Shown: one piece after another, positions 57,573 through 64,000 of the stretch
Layout of the letters: every line of letters starts with the position of its first letter
Position numbering within the stretch: position 1 is the first letter of the stretch
Made by a program: the position numbers and the translations under genes
NCBI GenBank assembly: GCA_913042035.1
Contig: CAJWIN010000001.1
Location: 9,357-73,356, forward strand
Direction of reading: 5' to 3'
Source of the DNA: an uncultured Gammaproteobacteria bacterium
GTDB taxonomy: Bacteria > Pseudomonadota > Gammaproteobacteria > Poriferisulfidales > GCA-002705445
DNA length: 64,000 nucleotides
The notes under the pieces: model-generated
Told to the model about the DNA's origin: nothing
Database searches by the model: none
What the model saw: only the letters and a program-made list of their open reading frames with translations

Positions 57573-60500
57573 ATGAGCACAATATCATTCAAAAATAGAC
57601 TTGAAGCATATTTCAATAGTTCAGAATCTGAGCTATTGGATGGCTTGAGCTACTCATCAGACTCGTTATTTTTAAACAGTATAGGAAAAAGCAAAAAAAT
57701 TATAATAACTAAAGATAATTTAAGTGCCAAAAGAATATATAACGAATTATGCTTTTTATCAAAAGAGTCTAGTAAGAGTATAATTCTAATCCCAGGCACT
57801 GAAGAAATGCCATATGATATGGTTGACTCTGATAAATTTTTAAGTTCAAGCAAAAATTATAATTTATTTAAATATATAAAAAATAATCAAAAAAATATTA
57901 CCGTAATAACTACTGTTAAAAATTTTAGCAAGAAATTATTATCTAAAAAAACATTAAAAGATAATAAATTAGTTATTAAAAAAAATAGTTCTTTAGATAT
58001 TAGCGATGTGAGAAAAAATTTAATATGTATTGGCTATGTAAACAGTCCACAAGTAAATTTTCATGGAGAATTTTCTATAAGAGGATCTATAATTGATATA
58101 TTCCCTGGCGGATTTGATAATCCAATTAGAATAGATTTAGACGATATAAAAATTGAAACTATTAAATTATTTGATGTACAAACACAGATAACATTTAATT
58201 CTTTTAATGATGATAGTGCTTATATTGTTCCTATGAATAATATAATTATTAATGAAAATAATATTATAAATTTTAGAAAGAAATTTAGAGAAATATTTTC
58301 CGGGAACCCAAATAATAATGCAATTTACACTAATGTAAGTAATGGCATTACTCCTCAAGGCATAAATAGTTTTTTTCCATTATTGTACGATGAAATTGGG
58401 TGTTTACTTGATTATTTTACTGATATTGACAATGTATACATATTTGATGATGCAAAAACTAAATTAAATGAACATTATGAAGAAATTAAAAAAAAGTTTC
58501 TAGATTATTCGAGTAATGAAGAAAGTTATTTAAGTCCCGAATTTTTATTTTTAGATAACGAGTTCTTGTTTAAAGAATTTGATAAAAAAAAATTATTTGA
58601 AATTAATAAAAATAAAATACTCGATAAAAATTCTTATAATTTCAATATATCTGCTGTACCAGACATATCTTTTAAGCCATATTTAGATAAACCAACTAAT
58701 GATTTACAAAATTTTATTGCCAATATGTCCTGTACTATTTTATGTTGCGATGATGCCAAAAAAATTACCCAGTATACTGATATATTTAAAGCTCATAGTT
58801 TAACTTATAAGACCGTTAATGATATCTCGGAAATACCATTTTCTGGAAATGAATTATATATTATTCGAGGATTTATCTACGAATCTTTCAAAATTAATGA
58901 ATTGAAAATATCGTTCATTAATAGCGAAAGTATAATTAAAAGTAAGCCAAAGCAAAGGAGTAGTAGGAATAGCTCAAAAAGTTCTTTTTTTATAGACCAA
59001 CTTAAGAATTTAGATTTAGGAATGCCAGTTGTTCACGAAATTCATGGTATTGGAAGATATGGTGGGCTTAAACATTTAAAAACTAACGGATTATCTAATG
59101 AATATCTAACAATAGTTTATGAAGAGAACGACAAACTTTATGTTCCAGTATCTGCTCTTCATTTGGTTAACAAATATAATACAATTGAAAATGAAACCGC
59201 TCCACTCCATAAACTTGGAGGTTTCTCTTGGTCTAAAGCCAAAAAAAAAGCTACAAAAAAAGCATACGATATAGCTGCAGAACTTTTAGAAATTAACGCT
59301 AAAAGAGCTGCAAAAAAAATAGCTAAATATAATATAAATGAATTTGAATATAATCAGTTTTCAAATGAATTTATTTATGATGAGACAGAGGATCAGCAGA
59401 AAGCTATTGAAGATGTCATTGATGACTTAACTTCTGAAAAGATAATGGATAGGCTTGTCTGCGGAGATGTAGGATTCGGAAAAACTGAAATTGCTCTTAG
59501 AGCAGCTTTTATTTGCGCATCAAACTTTAAACAAGTAGTGATTCTTACACCTACAACACTACTAGCTGAACAGCATGAAAAAACGTTTTCTGAAAGATTT
59601 AAAAATTGGCCATTTAAAATTAGATGTCTATCAAGATTTAAATCAAAAAAAGAGCAGGAAGATATAATATCAGAGATAAATTCTGGTGATTGTAATATTA
59701 TAATTGGAACACACAGAGTTATTCAAAAAGATATAAAATATAAATGTCTTGGACTGCTAATAATTGACGAAGAACAAAAATTTGGGGTAAAACATAAAGA
59801 GTTTTTAAAAAAGTTAAAAGATGAAGTTAATGTTTTAACTTTGACAGCGACTCCTATTCCTAGAACCTTAAACATGTCTCTAGGTGGCTTAAGAGATTTA
59901 AGTATTATAGCAACCTCGCCTGAAAACAGAATGCCAATTAAGACATATGTTACAAATTGGAAAAATTCAGTTATTAAAGAAGCGTGTGATAGAGAGATTA
60001 ATCGCGGTGGCCAAATATTTTTCTTACACAATAGAGTAAATGATATAAATCTTATATACAATCAGATTCAGGAAATTCTGCCTTTAGGCTCGATTAAAAT
60101 TGCTCATGCACAAATGAGCTCTTCGCAACTAGAAAAAATTATATTAGAATTTTATAACAAAAAATTTAATATTCTATTATCAACAACAATTATAGAGAAT
60201 GGAATTGATGTTGCAAACGCAAATACTATAATAATTAATAGAGCCGATAAATTTGGCTTGTCGCAGCTTCATCAGATCCGAGGAAGAGTTGGAAGAAGTG
60301 ACAAACAAGCATTCTGCTATTTAATGGTTCAAGACAAGAATCACATAACTGATAATGCTAAAAAAAGATTATTAGCACTAGAGAACATGGAAGATTTGGG
60401 TTCAGGCTTTTCTATAGCGTCTAGAGATCTTGAGATAAGAGGAGCAGGAGCGCTTTTGGGAGAATCACAAAGTGGAGAAATTCAAGAAATAGGATTTTCT

Positions 60501-61013
60501 CTTTACAACAGAATATTGGCAAAAGCAATATCCTCACTTAAGACAGGCAAAATACCAAACTTAGATAATCCCCTAGATTCAGTAACAGAAGTGGATATAA
60601 ATGAAGTAGCAATAATTCCAAGTGAATATATAAATGATGTAAACCAAAGACTTATAATGTACAAGAAAATTGCTAGTACTGAAAAGCCTGAACAGCTTGA
60701 TGATCTCGTTCTAGAGCTAATAAACAGATTTGGGAATACACCAGAAGAAGTGAATAATCTGATTGATATAACTAAAATGAAAATAAAATACTCAAAAATT
60801 GGAATAAAAAAATTACTTGTAAGTAAAAACTCTTTAAAAATATCATTCCAAAAAGATACAAAAATAAATCATGGGAAATTAATTAATTTTATCAAAATGA
60901 GTAGTAATAATGTATCATTTACTAAAGATGATACCCTGGTTTATAAAAAACAATTTAACGATATAAGGGAAAAAAGAATTATAATTGCAGACATAATAAA
61001 TAAGATAAAATGA
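57573..61013 (+). CDS. mfd: Transcription-repair coupling factor Mfd.
   Basis: 1146 aa. Superfamily-2 helicase motifs (GDVGFGKTE, DEEQKFG, TATPIPRT, QIRGRVGR), plus the N-terminal UvrB-homology and C-terminal TRCF domains. Confidence 0.95.
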   Translation: MSTISFKNRLEAYFNSSESELLDGLSYSSDSLFLNSIGKSKKIIITKDNLSAKRIYNELCFLSKESSKSIILIPGTEEMPYDMVDSDKFLSSSKNYNLFKYIKNNQKNITVITTVKNFSKKLLSKKTLKDNKLVIKKNSSLDISDVRKNLICIGYVNSPQVNFHGEFSIRGSIIDIFPGGFDNPIRIDLDDIKIETIKLFDVQTQITFNSFNDDSAYIVPMNNIIINENNIINFRKKFREIFSGNPNNNAIYTNVSNGITPQGINSFFPLLYDEIGCLLDYFTDIDNVYIFDDAKTKLNEHYEEIKKKFLDYSSNEESYLSPEFLFLDNEFLFKEFDKKKLFEINKNKILDKNSYNFNISAVPDISFKPYLDKPTNDLQNFIANMSCTILCCDDAKKITQYTDIFKAHSLTYKTVNDISEIPFSGNELYIIRGFIYESFKINELKISFINSESIIKSKPKQRSSRNSSKSSFFIDQLKNLDLGMPVVHEIHGIGRYGGLKHLKTNGLSNEYLTIVYEENDKLYVPVSALHLVNKYNTIENETAPLHKLGGFSWSKAKKKATKKAYDIAAELLEINAKRAAKKIAKYNINEFEYNQFSNEFIYDETEDQQKAIEDVIDDLTSEKIMDRLVCGDVGFGKTEIALRAAFICASNFKQVVILTPTTLLAEQHEKTFSERFKNWPFKIRCLSRFKSKKEQEDIISEINSGDCNIIIGTHRVIQKDIKYKCLGLLIIDEEQKFGVKHKEFLKKLKDEVNVLTLTATPIPRTLNMSLGGLRDLSIIATSPENRMPIKTYVTNWKNSVIKEACDREINRGGQIFFLHNRVNDINLIYNQIQEILPLGSIKIAHAQMSSSQLEKIILEFYNKKFNILLSTTIIENGIDVANANTIIINRADKFGLSQLHQIRGRVGRSDKQAFCYLMVQDKNHITDNAKKRLLALENMEDLGSGFSIASRDLEIRGAGALLGESQSGEIQEIGFSLYNRILAKAISSLKTGKIPNLDNPLDSVTEVDINEVAIIPSEYINDVNQRLIMYKKIASTEKPEQLDDLVLELINRFGNTPEEVNNLIDITKMKIKYSKIGIKKLLVSKNSLKISFQKDTKINHGKLINFIKMSSNNVSFTKDDTLVYKKQFNDIREKRIIIADIINKIK

Positions 61014-61711
61014 CGCCTAAAATTAATAAAATAAGATTATTGATAAATAAAATATTTATTATATACGTAATTTTTATGGCTTACTCACATGCTGAACAAA
61101 ATAATAAAGAAAACGAAACTCTATATCAAATAAAAATGATTCTTGTATCGCATAATGCATCAAACTATACAGAAAATAATGATATGCAAATGAAAAGCAA
61201 GTATCTCGAAAAAAAACATGTAAATTTGTCAAATAATAATTGTTTAGTAGATAATGATAATACGTGCATAAAATATGATAATGAATACAAACTTGAAACT
61301 TTTAATAGCTATATAGAAATTTTATCTAAAGAGAAAGATATTAGTATTATCTCCCACTTAGAATGGGTTCAAAAAATTACTGGTGAATATAATATAAAAA
61401 TAAAAGGAGGTTATGATTATAGTAATGAAGTTTTTGAAAATAATCTTCAAATAAATGATATTGATATATTAAGTTCAGGAAAGATTACAAAATACGAAGG
61501 CTTTATAAATATTACTAAAAATAAGTTTTATACTCTAAACTTAAAATTATTTGAAAGAGTTAAAGTTAAATCTGAAAGGTTATTTTCAGATGATCAATTA
61601 ATTTTGAAAGAATATAATATTTCTCAAAAAATCAAAATAAATAAAATGACTTATATTGATAGAGATAATTTTGGTTTAATTGTTAAAGCTATCAAAATCA
61701 GCAGCAACTAA
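61010..61711 (+). CDS. Hypothetical exported protein, translationally coupled to mfd (ATGA overlap).
   Basis: N-terminal hydrophobic signal/anchor (IFIIYVIFMAYSHA) followed by a hydrophilic N/K-rich body. No recognisable motif. 233 aa. Confidence 0.5.
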   Translation: MTPKINKIRLLINKIFIIYVIFMAYSHAEQNNKENETLYQIKMILVSHNASNYTENNDMQMKSKYLEKKHVNLSNNNCLVDNDNTCIKYDNEYKLETFNSYIEILSKEKDISIISHLEWVQKITGEYNIKIKGGYDYSNEVFENNLQINDIDILSSGKITKYEGFINITKNKFYTLNLKLFERVKVKSERLFSDDQLILKEYNISQKIKINKMTYIDRDNFGLIVKAIKISSN

Positions 61712-61714
61712 ATA

Positions 61715-62776
61715 TTATTCATTAATCTCAACTCTGGTTGGGAAAGCTATTTCAGCATTATTATTTTCTATTATTTCACCTATTTTAATTAAATCATCTT
61801 TTTTAATTTGATGATATTTAACCCATTCTGTTGTATTTGCGTAAGTTATAATAAAAAAATCTATTGAGCTATCATTGTAAGAGTCAAAGTTTACGATCGT
61901 TGTTTGGTCATGATCTATGTTTTTATGATTTGAAATCATTAATTTTACATCCTCAACAATCTTTAGCATTTTAGGAAAATCTTTATACCTTAAACCTATA
62001 ACTTCACGAATTCTTCTATGAGTCATTCTTGATGGATTCTCTACAATTATATTCATAAAAACAGAATTTGGTATATAAATAACATTTTTTCTAAAATTTC
62101 TTATTGAGGTCTGTCTCCATCCAATATTCTCAACTGTGCCTTCTAGTTCTCTATCTGGCGATCTTATCCAGTCACCTTTTCTAAAAGGTCTATCCAAATA
62201 AATCATCAAACCACCAAAGAAATTAGCCAACATGTCTTTAGCCGCGAAGCCTACGGCTACTCCACCAATTCCGCCGAAAGCCAACACTCCCGAAATACTA
62301 AAACCAAATGTTTGCAAGATTATCAGGCCCGATGTAATGATTATAGAAAGCCTAACTATTTTTGCTATAGCCTCATAAGTAGCTTCATCAACATCAATTG
62401 CGTTATTTTTGTTATTTTCAATGATAGCTGTTTGAAAATTTTTAGAAATATTATTTAAAAAAAGTGCAATAGAGAATATTATTCCAGCTCTTTTTAAATT
62501 ATTTAAAAAATCATATGAAATATTTATAACCTTGAAATCATTGTTAAAAGCTTCGAGTGTAAACACAATACCTAAAACCCAAACTAATATTGTAATAGGC
62601 CTATATAAAGAATTAATTACACAATCATCCCATATATTACTAGTCTTGCTTGAGTGTCTTTTTAATGTATTTAGTATTATTCTAGTGGATATATTAATAA
62701 CAATAATTATTGATATTATAAGTATAAATTTAATCAGCCAATGATCTAAGCTATATTCTTGAAGAAAATTTTCCAT
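61715..62776 (-). CDS. Small-conductance mechanosensitive channel (MscS family).
   Basis: Three N-terminal TM helices, then the MscS pore-helix region GGIGGVAVGFAAKDMLANFFGGLMIYLDRPFRKGDWI. 353 aa. Confidence 0.88.
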   Translation of the reverse strand: MENFLQEYSLDHWLIKFILIISIIIVINISTRIILNTLKRHSSKTSNIWDDCVINSLYRPITILVWVLGIVFTLEAFNNDFKVINISYDFLNNLKRAGIIFSIALFLNNISKNFQTAIIENNKNNAIDVDEATYEAIAKIVRLSIIITSGLIILQTFGFSISGVLAFGGIGGVAVGFAAKDMLANFFGGLMIYLDRPFRKGDWIRSPDRELEGTVENIGWRQTSIRNFRKNVIYIPNSVFMNIIVENPSRMTHRRIREVIGLRYKDFPKMLKIVEDVKLMISNHKNIDHDQTTIVNFDSYNDSSIDFFIITYANTTEWVKYHQIKKDDLIKIGEIIENNNAEIAFPTRVEINE

Positions 62777-62779
62777 TTT

Positions 62780-63820
62780 TTATAAATTAATTTCTATTTG
62801 TTTTTTTTCTGTTATTCTATTTAGACTTTCTAATATAGATAATCTTCTTTTATTTTTCTGAAAATCACCTTCTATTTCATTACCATTATTAAATTTCATC
62901 AGCTTATCGCTTGCTTCAATATTATTTTCAATAATTAAATTATCTAAAATACTTATCACTTTATTTCTATTGTTACAAATAAAAACACAATCACAACCTA
63001 CTTCGATTGATTTTAATACATTATCCTCTATTTCGCCAAATTCGTTTAATGCCAACATATTTAAATCATCTGAAAATATAACACCTTTAAATCTTAAGTC
63101 ATTTCTCAATATTTGTAACCATTTTTTAGAAAGTGTGGGCGGAAAACTATCAATATTTTTATATAAAACATGCGAAGTCATTATGCCCTCAATTTTTGAG
63201 TCTATTGCGCCCTTATAAGGCATTAAATCGTCCTTAAATATAGTTTTAATATCTCTGTTATCTATTGGTAGTTCTAAATGGGAATCCGTCTTAGCATATC
63301 CGTGACCGGGATAGTGCTTGCATATACTTGAAATACCGCTTTCTTTTGCACCCTCTATAAATAATCGTGACAAAATAGCAACTTCTTTAGGTTTATCAGA
63401 AAAACATCTTTTTTCCATAACATTACTTCGTTCATAATTTATATCTAAGACTGGAGCTGTATTTACATTAACTCCAATATTTCTTAGCTCATATCCTATT
63501 AGCCACCCAAGTTTTTTTGAAAGACTAAGTGCTTCATTTAGATCAAATTTATATTTTTTTCCTAACAGTTCGATTGACGGAAGCATGGACATTCCTTTTT
63601 TAAATCTTTGAACTCTACCACCCTCTTGATCAGCATATATTAATAACGATGGTGATCTTAATGATTTAATTTTTTGCGTGAGTTCTATAATTTGCTCTAC
63701 AGAATCAAAGTTTCTCGAAAATAAAATAACTCCTCCAATGTAAGGATGAGTTAATAAGTCGATATCTTCTTCCGTTAGCTCCGTTCCATCAATATCAACT
63801 ATTAATTGCCCTAATTTCAT
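62780..63820 (-). CDS. nagZ: Beta-N-acetylhexosaminidase NagZ (GH3).
   Basis: GH3 N-terminal domain with CKHYPGHGYAKTDSHLELP (the KHFPGHG-x4-DSH motif). 346 aa. Confidence 0.9.
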   Translation of the reverse strand: MKLGQLIVDIDGTELTEEDIDLLTHPYIGGVILFSRNFDSVEQIIELTQKIKSLRSPSLLIYADQEGGRVQRFKKGMSMLPSIELLGKKYKFDLNEALSLSKKLGWLIGYELRNIGVNVNTAPVLDINYERSNVMEKRCFSDKPKEVAILSRLFIEGAKESGISSICKHYPGHGYAKTDSHLELPIDNRDIKTIFKDDLMPYKGAIDSKIEGIMTSHVLYKNIDSFPPTLSKKWLQILRNDLRFKGVIFSDDLNMLALNEFGEIEDNVLKSIEVGCDCVFICNNRNKVISILDNLIIENNIEASDKLMKFNNGNEIEGDFQKNKRRLSILESLNRITEKKQIEINL

Positions 63821-63947
63821 AATATGTTTTTCCGTAATAAATAGATTTAAATTAATTTAAATCAATAAAATTATGTAAAAAATATTCATCTATTACATTA
63901 AAGATTATATAATACATATTAGTTTAAAACACTAAGGTATTAACTTA

Positions 63948-64000
63948 TGAGTGATATCACTGTCAAAGAAATGGTTAAAAAAGCAAAAATTGGTCTTGAT
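63948..64000 (+). CDS. Start of an unidentified ORF (MSDITVKEMVKKAKIGLD...). It continues beyond the window end.
   Basis: ATG preceded by AAGG 9-12 nt upstream. Only 18 codons are visible. Confidence 0.25.

Noticed and set aside
1-64000. Searched for CRISPR repeats, IS/transposase, integrase, phage or toxin-antitoxin signatures, and for rRNA.
   Set aside because: No direct-repeat arrays, no transposase, integrase or phage-like ORFs, and no rRNA-like conserved stretches were seen. The only non-housekeeping content is the 7221-11828 block and a few orphan small proteins.

Overview
This window is very AT-rich (about 30% GC by eye; not computed) and almost wall-to-wall coding, with roughly 70 genes in 64 kb. 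Gene order points to a streamlined gamma- or beta-proteobacterium-like chromosome: leuS-lptE, fabD-fabG-acpP-fabF-pabC-mltG-tmk, infA, mnmA-hflD, acnA, fumC, purB-thrC, hom, surE-pcm-nlpD, moeA/moaE/moaB/moaA, one tRNA-Ala(GGC), a contiguous glyA-nrdR-ribD-ribE-ribBA-ribH-nusB-thiL-pgpA block, msbA-lpxK-trm112-kdsB, lolCD, a complete ccmABCDEFGH/I cytochrome c maturation operon, then mfd, mscS and nagZ. Almost everything is housekeeping in conserved synteny. I saw no rRNA, CRISPR array, IS or transposase, integrase or phage genes, and no riboswitch-sized leader in front of the rib, gly or thi genes.

The main exception is a tightly overlapping five-gene block at 7221-11828: an amino-acid-kinase-fold protein, a PabB-type aminodeoxychorismate synthase, an ASKHA/hydantoinase-like ATPase, an ATP-grasp ligase, and a divergently transcribed HisA/HisF-like barrel. 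It sits where holB normally follows tmk. This mix of families resembles the accessory genes of methanogen-type C1-cofactor biosynthesis (tetrahydromethanopterin or methanofuran; the TIGRFAM 'H4MPT-linked C1 transfer pathway' protein sets). It is the best candidate for an unusual or undescribed pathway in the window, but the assignment rests on motif-level reading only.

Secondary observations are a two-gene insertion splitting lptE from holA, eight convergent gene pairs whose stops abut or overlap so that no terminator fits, a RibBA whose GTP cyclohydrolase II domain has lost its zinc cysteines, an orphan small CbiX-type chelatase, a CcmH-CcmI fusion without a TPR region, an unlisted ccmD, and two secreted proteins of unknown function, one translationally coupled to mfd.
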